From contig NW_021834885.1 in NCBI RefSeq assembly GCF_006345805.1, positions 1-44,513 on the forward strand: a stretch of 44,513 nt of DNA, given 5' to 3'. Made by a program: the position numbers and the translations under genes. Below, piece by piece: positions 1-12,104 of this stretch. The notes beneath the pieces were generated by a model. It saw only the letters and a program-made list of their open reading frames with translations, did not search any database and was not told where the DNA came from. Every line of letters begins with the position of its first letter. The stretch's first letter is position 1. This DNA is from Octopus sinensis. Lineage: Eukaryota.

Positions 1-75
1 GCCACGCAGTGGGACTGAACCTGGAACCATGTGATTGATTAGCAAGCTACTTACCACACAGCCACTCCTGCGCCT
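1..75 (-). mobile_element. SINE family B head (truncated by window edge)
   Basis: Reverse complement AGGCGCAGGAGTGGCTGTGTGGTAAG...GGTTCAGTCCCACTGCGTGGC, with A- and B-box-like motifs. Confidence 0.85.
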
Positions 76-440
76 TATATATTCATAAGAGTTCGTTATT
101 AGCAAAGGAAATCACTATCAATATAGAATAGCATTCTGCATATCTTACTTAATGTCAAAAGCTGCTCATGGGACTTGAACCTACATCTTGTTAGACATGT
201 CAGATGTTCTACCAATGGACCAAAGCAACACTTTGAAATTTTTTATCCATTCTGGAAACTTTTCTTTTACCAGTGAGAATTGTAGGTTGTTGACGTCATA
301 AGGATTTATAAACTTGGTGAGAATGTGAAAAAATTTTTCTCATAACATCAACAATATACATGTGTGTGTGTAATATATATACTGGTGTTGCTGCCACATA
401 CAGAGCACCCAGTCTATCCTGTAAAATAGACACACACACA

Positions 441-893
441 CGAGGGTTGCAGAAAAGTTTCCAGCTTTCGGTAAAAGAAAATAAAGGAGGATCAGTTAAT
501 TATGATTTTATTCAACATATTCCTCTCTCAGATTCACACACTTATTGAAGTAGCCCTTCAGTTTTTCTAAGCCCTGTAAAAGAACTTGGAAGGTCACACC
601 TCCAACCAGGCCTTTCGCAATACCCTAAATCAGTGGTTTTCAACCAGGGTTCCTCGGAACCTTAGGGTTCCGCCAGTACAGTCCAGGGGTTCCACAAGAA
701 GTTACAAAACTGCTAAAATCGGCAGTAATTTTTAATTCTCCTGTGCAGATATGTGTGCATAAGACTATTAAATTATTGCACAGGGGTTCCTCGAGCCAGT
801 GGAATGTTTCCTTGGGGGATCCGCTCCAGCAAAAAGTTTGAAAAGCACTGCCCTAAATAAAGCCAAGAATACTTCAGCGCTTCCTCATGTATA
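441..893. mobile_element. Tc1/mariner-type MITE, interrupted by a hAT MITE
   Basis: Ends GAGGGTTGCAGAAAAGTT ... AATACTTCAGCGCTTCCTCATGTA. Homologous copies at about 15095-15303 and 15338-15468 in the opposite orientation. Superfamily inferred from TIR shape. Confidence 0.6.
631..850. mobile_element. hAT-type MITE with 8-bp TSD
   Basis: TIRs CAGTGGTTTTCAAC / TTTGAAAAGCACTG. Perfect TSD CCCTAAAT at 623-630 and 851-858. Confidence 0.88.
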
Positions 894-1319
894 TACACAT
901 AGAGCAGAGATTGAACAAACAGCTGTATTACATATAAACATACAAAATGTTTATTCCCCAAGTTAAATATTATTTTAATATCATTAAAATTATTTTGCTT
1001 CATAGTTTGGCATGGTGCCTTCGTTAAAAAAATAATGAGGAGTGTATTTACTACACACCACACACACACACGTGCTGTTTGTCATAGCTTGTTACACATA
1101 ATGATTAACATTGTAACAAGTTGAATTTTAATTATCAAATAAATCTGATCGTTTATATCTTTTATTTGTGACATTCATTGGACTGCAGCCATGCAAAGGC
1201 ACTGCCTTGATGGGGTTTAGACGAATAAATTCACCTAACCCCAGTACTGTGTTGTTTTTTTGTAATTTTTTAAAGCCTGATCAGCGGTTAAGAAGTTTGT
1301 TCCCCAGCTATATGGCTTC

Positions 1320-1552
1320 TTATTTCTTTACTGCCCACAAGGGGCTAAACACAGAGGGGACAAACAAGGGCAGACAAACGGATTAAGTCGATTATATCGA
1401 CCCCAGTGCGTAACTGGTACTTATTTAATCGACCCCGAAAGGATGAAAGGCAAAGTCGACCTCGGCGGAATTTGAACTCAGAACCTAGCAGCAGACGAAA
1501 TACTGGTAAGCATTTCACCCGGCGTGCTAACGTTTCTGCCAGCTCACTGCCT
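1320..1552 (-). mobile_element. tRNA-derived SINE family A, tail type 1
   Basis: Reverse strand: head GGCAGTGAGCTGGCAGAA, B-box-like GAGTTCAAATTCC, core GCCTTTCATCCTTTCGGGGTCGATTAAATAAGTACCAG, tail ...GTGGGCAGTAAAGAAATA. Confidence 0.85.
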
Positions 1553-2794
1553 TCAGCTCGCCCAGCGATATGGTTCCTGGTTCTGCCTCTCTGGATGGCA
1601 CCAGGGTCATGTCTCTTCTTCTGTAATCCTGGCTGACAAAAGCCTTATGAATAGATTTAGCACATTGGAAACTGAAAGAAGCCCACTGTGTGTGTGTAAA
1701 TTTATATTTGTGTTTCTCTGAAAATCACTGAGTAACAAGTGGCAACATTGTTGTCTTTTCCTGTCACCATATCCACATCTCCCTTTGCATCTTCAGAAAG
1801 GTCAGAAATGAAGAGTCCTCTTACTCGAAAAACAAATGAAGGTTAGTGAGAGACAAGGTATCAAGATGTGAAAATACTGCCTCAAATCCTGCAACAAACT
1901 GGCGTCCCAACCAGAAGAGAATATATTTGCCATGGAAACTGGCCCTTCAAGAAGGATCATTTACCCTTTATATATATATATATATACACAGAGGTATGCA
2001 AAAGAGCTAAGAGAATACCAGTGCCATTGTAGCAACAAAAATAAATAAAATTATATTAAACACCATGCTAGATAAATTTTTAATTTACTGAAATTATTTC
2101 CATTTCCAAATAGTAAAACAACAAGGGCTCATTGGCAACTGGCATCAACTTCGAAAACTCAAGAATTCTCCAAAAGAGGAATGCCACTAAGTAAAAGAGC
2201 GGGCAACAGTGGACACATTTTTTTGGCCTTGATAGACATCATCAGCACAGTTCTCACACTAACTTGTCTTCTGGAGACAAACCACGAACACACTAAAAGC
2301 AGTAGAGCACATTTATGGCCAAGGTAACTTGCATAATTTCAAAAGAAACAAAAATCACAGAATTCTGAAGATGCCTGAAAAATAACCCCTTTCTACACTC
2401 TAAAGAAAAGCTAACTAATTATACTCAGTGACTACAAGAAATAAATCAAGTGATGACATCAGCATAAAACTGGCCAGTCAAGGTCAATGACAGTGATCAG
2501 TCAACCCTTTGATAACTTCAAGCAATAAGGCAGAGAAGAACAGTAGACAAAGAAGCAGACAAATGAGCAGAGAATGGAGATGCAATTAAGCATTCATACC
2601 AGTTGTTATATTCAATATCAGCTGTTGATTGACACTCAGTTAAATTTTGTCAGCTCTGAGAACTGCAACACAAATGAGCTGAAAGGACCATTAACTTAAC
2701 TACATTACTATACACTATGGTAGATGACACATGCATTCCGCTCACTCACACTCTCTCCCCTCTCTTTTACGTTCACATAGCTATAAACTAGTCC

Positions 2795-3385
2795 ATGACT
2801 ACTTACTAGGAATGACCATAGGATTGTACCTAAAAGGCCCCCCTCTGAGGCACGAATCAGGGCAAGGTTGTTTATGGAAGAACAAGCAGTCGCCCATGCT
2901 TACCAGCCTCCCCTCTCCATGCAACTGATGTTATCCAAAGGAAAGGCAAAGGCCGATACAGCTTCGCACCAGTGATGTCAGCAACGTGAAATAAAGCATC
3001 TTGTTCAAGAACACAATACACAGCCTGGTCTGAGAATTAAACTCACTACACCATGATTGAGAGTCTGATGCTCTAACTACTGAGCCATGTACCTTCACCA
3101 GGTACTGAGCTGCTGAGACCCCCTTCGGTCATGACTGACCATGGGATTGCACCTAGAAAGTTACCCTCCCAGGCACAAGTACGGGCAAGGTTGTTTATGG
3201 AAGACCAGTAGTCGCCCATGCATACCAGCCTCTCCTCTCTCCATGCCACAAGAGTTATCCAAGGGAAAGGCAAAGGATGATACAGCTTGGCACCAGTGAT
3301 GTCGCAACTCATTTCTACAGCTGAGTGAACTGGAGCAACATGAAATAAAGTGTCTTGCTCAAGAACACAACACAACCCGGTCCAA
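2795..3385 (-). mobile_element. Two tandem copies of tRNA-derived SINE family J
   Basis: About 2795-3090 (head ATGGCTCAGTAGTTAGAGC on the minus strand) and 3105-3385; shared GCAAGGTTGTTTATGGAAGA. Confidence 0.78.
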
Positions 3386-3469
3386 ACACTTACTGAACTG
3401 CACAAAAAGTTCCTTTTAGGACCATAGTGTTTAAGTCAATCTTTTAACAATAACGGACTTGTGATTCTT

Positions 3470-4058
3470 TTATTCTTATACTTGTTTCAGTCATTTGACT
3501 GTGGCCATGCTGGAGCACCACACCGAAGGTTTTTTTTTTAGCTGAACAAATCGACTTCATGACTTATTTTTTTAAAAAAGTCTAGTATTTATTTTATTGG
3601 TCTTTTTTACTGAACCGCTATGTTACAGAGATGCAGCCACAACAACATTGGTTTGTCAAACAGTGATGGAGCGACAAACACAAGTACAAACACACATACA
3701 TCTTGACCACTGTTTTATGGGTAACTGTCAGCATGTATGTATACAACTATGTGCTTTGACTGCAGCATTAGAGCGTTTAACTCTTATTTCTAGCAATGTA
3801 GGTGTTTCTAACACTCTCAGTCATAGTTTTCCTTTTTGGTACACATTGCTTATTGCTGCCTAAATTATATATATATATATATGTATGTATATATATGTAA
3901 CAGGCTTCTTTCAGTTTCCATCTACCAAATCCACTTGCAAGGCTTTGGTCAGCCCAAGGCTATAGTAGACAGCACTTGCCTAAAGTGTCATGCAGTGGGA
4001 CTGAACCCTTAACCAAACTGGTTGGGAAGCAAGCTTCCTACCACACAGCCACTCCTGT
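3470..4058 (-). mobile_element. SINE family B, degenerate, with internal insertion
   Basis: Tail half at about 3470-3690 and head half at about 3900-4058. Confidence 0.7.
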
Positions 4059-5228
4059 GGTGGATGGAATACTACAAATTCTCTTATTCATTTACTCCTC
4101 CTCTCACTCGTCTTATTGTACTTTTTTTTTTTTTAAATCTGAGACAATTCATCTGTTTTTGTTACACACACACACACATACAGATGCACACTCACACTTT
4201 GCTACCAAGTTTCCATGCAACAGTCACCCCTGAGTAATTTTTGCCTCAGTAAATTCAGAAAGAGAGAAAAAAAAATACATGAGAAACCAATCATGAAATA
4301 TATGTATGAGAAAGGGAGGAGGAGAGAAAGGGTGAGAGAGAGAGAGAGAGAGAAGGGGAAGATAAAATGAGAGAGAGAGAGAGAGAGGGGGGTGACAAAG
4401 AGAGACTATTACTACAACAAGAATAAATCACCTGCTGGCAGCCTCACTGCAACCCTCTCTCTCTCTCTCACTCTTTCTCTACTTCCTCTTATTTGACAAT
4501 AAGGGAAGGGTGACAGAGGTCAGTGGAAGATTAATGGCACAAAAGGTTAGAAGCTGTTCCCCTTCAGCTCATAGGAACAAAGAAAGGGTGGCGATGGGGG
4601 TGGGGCTATATTTATTTATCTTTCACAATGATCCAGTTTCTACTCTGCTCCACCCTCCACTCCCATCTTCAACCCACAAGCAAAGCTAAACCAAACCAAA
4701 CCAAACCAAGCCAAGTCAAGCCAGAATATTTATCTAAAACACCACCGACCCACCACCACCATCACCACCGCCACCACCACCACATCATCATCATCATCAT
4801 CTACAAACACCATACATGCTCTTTCAAAGCAACAAGCATCCAGCCCTTTCTATCTCCCTCTTATCTCATGGATTTCTCCATGATGCAGCCTCTGCTCTGC
4901 CACTGCTACCAACATCCATCATTATCTCAAAGCAATAAGCATCCTTCTCTCTCTCTCTCTCTCTCTCTCTCCTCCAAGCCCTCATCACCACCTTCTGCAT
5001 TTTCATCAGAAACACCAGCCTCACTCATCTCCATCAAAACAGTTCATCATCATCACCATCCCCTTTGGCCTGGTACCCCATCGCCCTCATCATAACCACC
5101 ACTGACAACATAATCATTAACTCAGGCCCTACCATCTCTTACTCTTGGCAAATTTTTTTTTTTTAAACCCCTTCTTTGCAGGTAATTTATTTTATTCAAC
5201 ACTTCATAATCTCCTTCCCCTCGCAGGA

Positions 5229-5460
5229 GTTAATAATAATGATAACCCTTTCTGCTATAGGCACAAGGCCTGAAATTTGAAGAGAGAGGACTAAGCGACT
5301 ACACTGACCCCAGTGCTCAACTAGTGTTTATTTTATCAATCCGGAAAGGATGAAAGGCAAAGTCGACCTCAGTGGAATTTGAACTCAGACCCATAAGGAC
5401 GGATAAAATGCCCCTAAGCATTTTGCCTTATGTGCTAATGATTCTGACAGTTCACCGCCT
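5229..5460 (-). mobile_element. SINE family A, tail type 2
   Basis: Same head and core; tail AAATTTCAGGCCTTGTGCCTATAGCAGAAA followed by (TTA)n. Confidence 0.75.
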
Positions 5461-5683
5461 TAACCCTTTCCATACCAACCCCACTGAAACCAGCTCTGAA
5501 ATACAGAAGTGTTGTGTTCAAAAGTTTTGAATTAAAATCTTCCACCAAACCTTAGTCACAATTTATGTTCCTAACACTAGCTTAATGATAAATAAGTTAT
5601 TTTACTAAATTCTTTGTTATATTTGAAATTAATTGAAAGAAACACAGAGCATTTCAACAGAAATATGGTAATAAAAGGGTTAA
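5460..5683. mobile_element. piggyBac-type MITE (family G)
   Basis: TTAACCCTTTC...AAAGGGTTAA termini (TTAA target, CCC/GGG ends). Second copy at 10352-10562. Confidence 0.8.
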
Positions 5684-6488
5684 AGATGAAGTAATATCAA
5701 TGTTGTGTAGGTTTAAGAGGACATCAGTTCATCATGAAATTTCTTTACAGTCACTTGACTGCTAAAAATGAGGATCTGTATATATATAAAATATAATTAT
5801 ACACATCAAACCCATGAACACAGAAATATACGCTCATAGATATGCATATCGAGAGACATTCATACATACACATATAATACACGCATACATATACCAATGC
5901 ATACATATGCACACACATGGCCATACACACACACATATATACAACTTGGTTTCATACTGAAATTTACAACCAAGAAAGAACATTGACTTATACTTCAAGA
6001 TGACTTTGGGAAACCTAAGATTCCACGGTGAAATGCATCAGGATTTTGAAAGATAGTGAAAATGTTTGAATGTTTACACCTGAATACTAGAACATGACTT
6101 GTAAGCTAGAAAACATGACACAAATTAATAAGTGATCCCAATAATTAGAAGATGATAACGAACTAACAAATACCAACACAAGAATATTGCCCCTTATGCA
6201 TATATTTATACACATGCATGCACACAGACATGCAGAATCGAATATAGAGACAGTGAGTGCTGTAGCATGACCGAAAAGATATTGCTAGATATTCATCACA
6301 TTACTAGAAGAAATTCAATAAAACAAGAGTAAAACATCAATAAGACTTAGTTACCAATTCCTGCTGCCGCTACGATTTTCCTACACGCATACACAGAACA
6401 CAGAAATATTGCAAGAACACTCAGCACCCCCCCCCAAAAAAAACAATGGTTTCTATATTAACCCTTTCACTACAGAAAGCTAATATAT

Positions 6489-6719
6489 ATTTCTTTACCA
6501 CCCACAAGGGGCTAAACACAGAGAGGACAAACAAGGACAGGCAAACGGATTCAGTCGATTACATCAACCCCAGTGCGTAACTGGTATTTATTTATCGACC
6601 CTGAAAGGATGAGCGGCACAGCAACCTCGGCGGAATTTGAACTCAGAATGTAACGACTGACGAAATACAGCAACGCATTTCGCCCGGCGTGCTAACACTT
6701 CTGCCAGCTCGCCACCTTC
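6489..6719 (-). mobile_element. SINE family A, tail 1, with 21-bp TSD
   Basis: CACTACAGAAAGCTAATATAT at 6468-6488 and 6720-6740. Confidence 0.92.
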
Positions 6720-6818
6720 CACTACAGAAAGCTAATATATCCACTTAAAATTTCATTGCCCTTAACTACAGAAAGCAATTTCATATACCAATCTATCTTT
6801 TCTTAAGGAACATCATGT

Positions 6819-7047
6819 TTAACTCTTTAGCATTTAAACCGTCCATATCCGGCTAAAAGTATTCTGCTTGTTTTATGTTCAAATTGGCCATATCTGGTCT
6901 CTTACACCAACCCTACAATATCATCTTAAAAATTAACAGCTACCTCATCAAAATCTCAAAGCTACAAGATAATGCATGATTAGTTCAAAACAATGAGGAT
7001 GTAAAAGCATTAATTTTGGCAGAATAATGTGAACACTAAAGGGTTAA
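6819..7047. mobile_element. piggyBac-type MITE (family H)
   Basis: TTAACTCTTTAGCATT ... ACACTAAAGGGTTAA, inserted at a TTAA. Other copies at 35798-36027 and 36028-36235; partial copies at about 33465-33662 and 40590-40760. Confidence 0.82.
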
Positions 7048-7895
7048 AACTATTTTCTATTGAGATATGTCAAGTTTATTGAGGCAACATGGCTTGCAGA
7101 AAATTCCAATTCTGTTTCTTAGGTAAATATTTAACATCATCACTAGAAAAATTATGTTAAATTTGATTTGGCAGCATAAAAACTAAGGGACCTCGCTGAA
7201 CCTATGATCAACCATGACTGTCATACTTTCTTCCTGGCACACTGAATTCAGGACCACATTATCCAATGTCCCCTATTTTTATTTTTACTGCAGAAACCAC
7301 ACATATCCAGTCGAAATTTAATTGCCCTTAACTGCAGAAAGCAATTTTAAAGACCAAGCTATCTCTTCTTAAGAAATTTTGTGTTTGAAACTATTTTCTG
7401 TTGAGACATATCAAGTTTACTGAGATATTTAACATAAATACTGCAATAACCATGTAATTTAATTCTGCAGTTAAAGGGTCAAGGAACCTTGTCAAACCTG
7501 TAATCAAAGATATTCCAACCATGACTGTCCTACTTTTTTCCAGACACACTGAATTCAGGATAACATTATCCAATGTCCCCTACTTTTAATATAACCCTTT
7601 TACTGCAGAAATCAGATTTTTCCACTCCCAACCCTCAATTCTGGATTGGTATTTATCGATCCTCAAAGACAATTTCAAATTCTTCTTATTCCCCTTTTAC
7701 GATGGAAACCAGATATATTCACTCCAAATATCTTCAACTGCAGAAAGCAATTTTGAGTACCATTCTATTGTTTGTTGAAGAATGTCGAATTTGAAATTAT
7801 TTTCCGTTGTGTCAAGATATGCCAGGTTTACTGAAGCAATGTGTCTTGCAGAAAATACCAATTCTATTTTTTTTTGATAGATACTATTTTTACTA

Positions 7896-8302
7896 TTTTA
7901 CTTGTTTCAGTCATTTGACTGTGGCCATGCTGGAACACCACCTTTAGTCGAGCAAATCGACACCAGGACTTATTCATTGTAAACCGAGTACTTATTCTAT
8001 CAGTCGCTTTTGCCGAACCGCTAAGTTACGGTGACGTAAACACACCAGCATCGGTTGTCAAGCGATGTTGGGGGGGGGGGACAAACACAGACACAGAACA
8101 AACACAGACATACACATACACACACACACATATATATACGACGGGCTTCTTTCAGTTTCCGTCTACCAAATCCACTCACAAAGCTTTGGTCGACCCGAGG
8201 CTATAGTAGGAGACACTTGCCCAAGGTGCCACGCAGTGGGACTGAACCCGGAACCGCGAGGTTCGTAAACAAGCTACGTACCACACAGCCACTCCTACGC
8301 CT
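7896..8302 (-). mobile_element. SINE family B, full length with internal microsatellite
   Basis: tRNA-like head, ACCTTGGGCAAGTGTC (CORE-like, from memory), internal (TA/TG)n, tail GACTGAAACAAGTAAAA. Confidence 0.88.
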
Positions 8303-8827
8303 ATGATATTAAACATCATTCCTTGAATAACCATAAAATTTAATTTCACAATTAAAAGGTTGAAAAGATCCACATAAATCATTTAGCTAAGCTCCCTTAC
8401 TCTAGCCTTCTCTCTCTCTCTCTCTCTCTCTCCCAGTTAAAGCAATTTCACATCTTTTAAATACACACACACACAATGTAGAACATATTGCAGCAATACT
8501 CCAGCATGGGCAAAAAATACAACCATTTATTAATTTTTTTTTTTTTAAATTAAACATACAAACTAACTATAAAACATTAGGGAGTCAAATCTCTGTCCGC
8601 CATCCCTCTTTTCTTTACTACTTCATCACAGATGAAGTTATTTCACAAACTACATCTCTGATACAAATACACTAATTAACAAATAATGCAATATCTAATT
8701 ATAAACACACACATACACAATGTATATAATAAATAACTAGATAAAATATGTAACATGTACATTATATATCTATATATACAGTATATAACATATAAACATT
8801 ATATATATAACATACACATCATATATA

Positions 8828-9059
8828 TATATTTCTTTACTACCCACAAGGGGCTAAACACAGAGGGGACAAACAAGGACAGACAAACGGATTAAGTCGA
8901 TTACATCGACCCAGTGCGTAACTGGTACTTTATTTATCGACCCCGAGAGGATGAATGGCAAAGTCGACCTCGGTGGAATTTGAACTCAGAATGTAACGAC
9001 AGACGAAATACTGCTAAGCACTTCGCCTGGCGCGCTAACATTTCTGCCAGCTCACCACC
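8828..9059 (-). mobile_element. SINE family A, tail 1, with 15-bp TSD
   Basis: TACACATCATATATA at 8813-8827 and 9060-9074. Confidence 0.9.
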
Positions 9060-9138
9060 TACACATCATATATAGATAATGTATATAATATACATAACGT
9101 GTGTATATGTGTGTGTGTGTGTGTGTATTGATACTTAC

Positions 9139-9295
9139 TCTGAGGTTGTGGTAACTCCACCAGTTGGTAAGTGGGTGTGTTTGAAGGCACTGTTGTTGGT
9201 GTCGTCACTCCCACTACGGACTGGTTGCTTATGAACCCATAGCCACCGTAATAGCTAGGCTGGTACCCTTGGTATGTAGAATAAGCATCTAAATT
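9139..9295 (-). CDS. eya: Eyes absent-like exon (157 nt, phase 0 to 1): NLDAYSTYQGYQPSYYGGYGFISNQSVVGVTTPTTVPSNTPTYQLVELPQPQ
   Basis: Acceptor ttgtctttttcttctag|AATTTAG and donor CTCAGA|gtaagt. The Tyr cluster and TYQL motif are similar to EYA DYPSY...QYY and ATYQLQE. Confidence 0.88.
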
Positions 9296-9457
9296 CTAGA
9301 AGAAAAAGACAACAATAATAATAAATCATAAAGAATGAAACAAGAAAAAAGTAAAATGGAATTGACAGAGATAGAATTCTGAACATTCAGAAAATGAAGA
9401 AAATTTTGAAGAGTTCAAACTAATAATTTTAATAAATAATAATAATAATAATAATTT

Positions 9458-9912
9458 GTTTCTTTACTACCCACAAGGGGCTAAACACAGAGGGGACAAA
9501 CAAGGACAGACAAACGGATTAAGTCGATTACATCGACCCCAGTGCGTAACTGGTACTTAATTTATCGACTCCGAAAGGACGAAAGGGAAAGTCAACCTCG
9601 GCGGAATTTGAACTCAGAACGTAGCAGCAGACAAAATACCGCTAAGCAATTCGCCCGGCATGCTAACAATTCTGCCAGCTCGCCGCCCTAAATAATAATA
9701 ATAATAATGATTTCAAATTTTGGCACAGTTTGGGGGGAGGGGTAAGTCAATTACATTGACCTCCGTGATCAACTAGTACTTATTTTATGACCCCCAAAAG
9801 GATGAAAGGCAAAATGAACCTGGACGGAATTTGAACTCAGAATGTAAAGACAGAAGAACTGGCGCTAAGCATTTTGCCAGGCATGCTAACCATTCTACCA
9901 GCTTGCCATCTT
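9458..9912 (-). mobile_element. Two tandem SINE family A copies (tail 1 and tail 2)
   Basis: Two head/core units at about 9458-9689 and 9691-9912, separated by (TAA)n. Confidence 0.82.
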
Positions 9913-10351
9913 TATGATAACAACAACAGTAACAATAATAATAATAATAACAAAAAAATTCTTGGCTATTAAAGTTGTAGAAGTAGCCACATGTACTTCC
10001 ACCAATGTCTTAATTAATAGCGACCTCTGCAACTTTAATGAGACCAAAGAGGGTCAAGTTGGCAGAGTGGTACTTTGTAGTTGACCATTGGCTCTATAGA
10101 TGATGCCTGGAGCCAACCAAGACACTTCAACTACCAAAGTTGTTGTCTACCCAACTAGCTGTTAATGTCTTAAGTGCTATACCGCTCCTCTTTAGCAATG
10201 AGTTTCTTTGACAGACAAGCAAGCATACATGTGTTTATACTGTCATCCTCATCATTTAAATTCCATGTTCCATACTGGCGTTGGCTGGATGGTTTGGCAG
10301 GATTCATTAGTTTGAAGGACTGCATCATGTTATCAAACCACAACTCGCAGT

Positions 10352-10562
10352 TTAACCCTTTCATTACCAACCTGGCTGAAACCGCTTCTGGCTCTGAGTG
10401 CAAGTGTCTTGTTTCCATAAGTTTTGAATTAAAATCTTCCACCAAACCTTAGTCACAATTTCTGTTTCTAACACTAGCTGAATGATAAGTGATTTGTTAT
10501 ATTTAAAGTAATTGAAAGAAATACAGAGCATCTCAAAATAAATATAGTAACGAAAGGGTTAA
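10352..10562. mobile_element. piggyBac-type MITE (family G)
   Basis: TTAACCCTTTCATTAC ... GTAACGAAAGGGTTAA; body homologous to 5460-5683. Confidence 0.82.
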
Positions 10563-10998
10563 CCCAGTGATTCCCTAAGTGGGCAGTACTGCCCTCTGCC
10601 TCCCCTTGGGGACAGTGGAAAGATCCAGATTCTGCCAGCTCGCTACTTTAATAATAATAATAATAATAATGAAGTGCAAAAGATTGTGTTAACTGGTACA
10701 TTACACGTATTGAGAAGAGCGTTGTTGATGTGAGAACTATCACTACCCATGTATTTTAATTTAACTTTATTTCAATAGAAAAAAAAAAAAAATGAACGAA
10801 CTAGTGAGTTTAGTTTAATGGCCTACCAATGTATACTATGAGTTTCTTTGCTCTAGGAGTCGGGAAGACACTCGGCAAGAAATAGAAGCAAATTTGAAAG
10901 AAGAAAAACCCATAAACAATAATAATAATAATATAATAATAATAATAATGATAATAAACAACAATTTATATGAGTTATTTTTTCCTGTTTATACTGAC

Positions 10999-11054
10999 CT
11001 GTTGTGAAGTATAGCCGAGTGCTGATGTTGGATTGGTGATACTGGATCCAGAGC
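10999..11054 (-). CDS. eya: Eyes absent-like exon (56 nt, phase 1 to 0): (G)SGSSITNPTSALGYTSQQ
   Basis: Acceptor tgctttgtcttttaattctag|GCTC and donor CAACAG|gtcagt. Peptide resembles EYA1 NSLTNSSGFNSSQQ (from memory). Confidence 0.83.
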
Positions 11055-11585
11055 CTAGAATTAAAAGACAAAGCAGATAAAATATTATAGAAATTTTCCA
11101 ACACAGAACAAAAATGAGGTGTCTTGGAGAATGCAAGGTAACTTGCCAGTGAAGAAGAGGTGAGGAGGACAAAATAATGAAAATAACAATAATAAAAATA
11201 ATCACAACAACAATGTATTAATAATAATAATCCTTTCTACACTAAGCATAAGGCCTGAAATTCTAAGGGAGTGGGGCTGTTGATTACACCGATCCCAAGT
11301 CCTCTGCTGGTACTTAAACAAGTGACCCCAAAAGATAGAAAGCAAAGCCAATCATTTTTTGCCTGGCATTCTTTTATTCTTTTACTTGTTTCAGTCATCT
11401 GACTGTGGCCAGTCTGGAGCACCACCTTTAGTCGAATAAATCAACCCCCAGGACTTATACTTTGTAAGCCTAGTACTTATTCTACCACTATCTTTTTGCT
11501 GAACTGCTAAGTGATGGGGGACATAAGCACACCAACATCGGTTGTCAAGCGATGGCATGTTAATAATTCTACCACCTTGCTACCA

Positions 11586-11954
11586 TAATAATAATAATAA
11601 CGATAATAATAATAATACTTAATTCTTTTATTGGCCACAAGGGCTGACAAAAATTAATTATAACATAAAGGGACAAAACAGGATGAAAGGTTACAAAGGG
11701 TTTTGTCCGTTTGTAAAAAAACGTGTAAAAACAGTGTAACAACGGAAAATTACCAATAGGGGGAGGCATTACGAAAGGTTCCTGGTGGAAAAACCCATAA
11801 AAGCCATGGGAGCCTGGTCAAAAGGGGGGTAGAGAGCTCCTTTCTCCTTTTGCAATACCTTTTTAAATTACAGGTGTATCCTCAGAATGGCTCTTTCCAT
11901 ACTGGCCATTCTTGCGACATTTATCCACCTTTCACTAAACTTGCAATACCTCTT
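11586..11954 (-). mobile_element. 3' remnant of a non-LTR retrotransposon (possibly Tx1/L1-like)
   Basis: Minus frame 11954-11868 reads KRYCKFSERWINVARMASMERAILRIHL*, followed by a UTR, AATAAA (11627-11632) and a (TAT)n tail. Clade assignment is inference. Confidence 0.4.
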
Positions 11955-12104
11955 TCTATCAAAAGCCACAAGGCCTAAAATTTGGGGGAGGTGGTCAGGT
12001 GATTACATCGAGCTCAGTACGTAACTGGTACTATCACTGGGTCAGGGCTACAGTGGAAGATACTTTGCCTAATATGGGACTGACCAAATGAATCGAAAAC
12101 AAAC

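Larger units (their letters stand above)
6458..8370. mobile_element. Degenerate tandem array of TIR-bounded units plus spacer (family I), carrying three nested insertions
   Basis: About 3 units with ends TAACCCTTT(T/C)ACT(G/A)CAG / CAGTTAAAGGGT(T/C)AA and a shared spacer (CAAAGATATTCCAACCATGACTGTCC). Homologous to 42070-42775. Confidence 0.65.

Noticed and set aside
4628-5095. 155-aa His/Ser-rich ORF on the plus strand
   Set aside because: Made of (CAC)n, (CAT)n, (CT)n and (AAACC)n simple repeats, antisense in an intron.
6355-6380. 26-nt micro-exon candidate (tgtgtag|GAAAATCG...AATTG|gtaact)
   Set aside because: Following the phase-1 exon it reads AGA AAA TCG TAG (stop). Splice signals are only moderate and there is no other support.
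1-9138. Further eya exons including the catalytic WDLDET exon
   Set aside because: No phase-1 exon with convincing splice sites or Eya-domain peptide was found by eye. A short divergent exon could have been missed.
10170-10452. Overlapping 91/92-aa ORFs between two exons
   Set aside because: They run into a piggyBac-type MITE, and have no compatible splice sites or recognisable homology.
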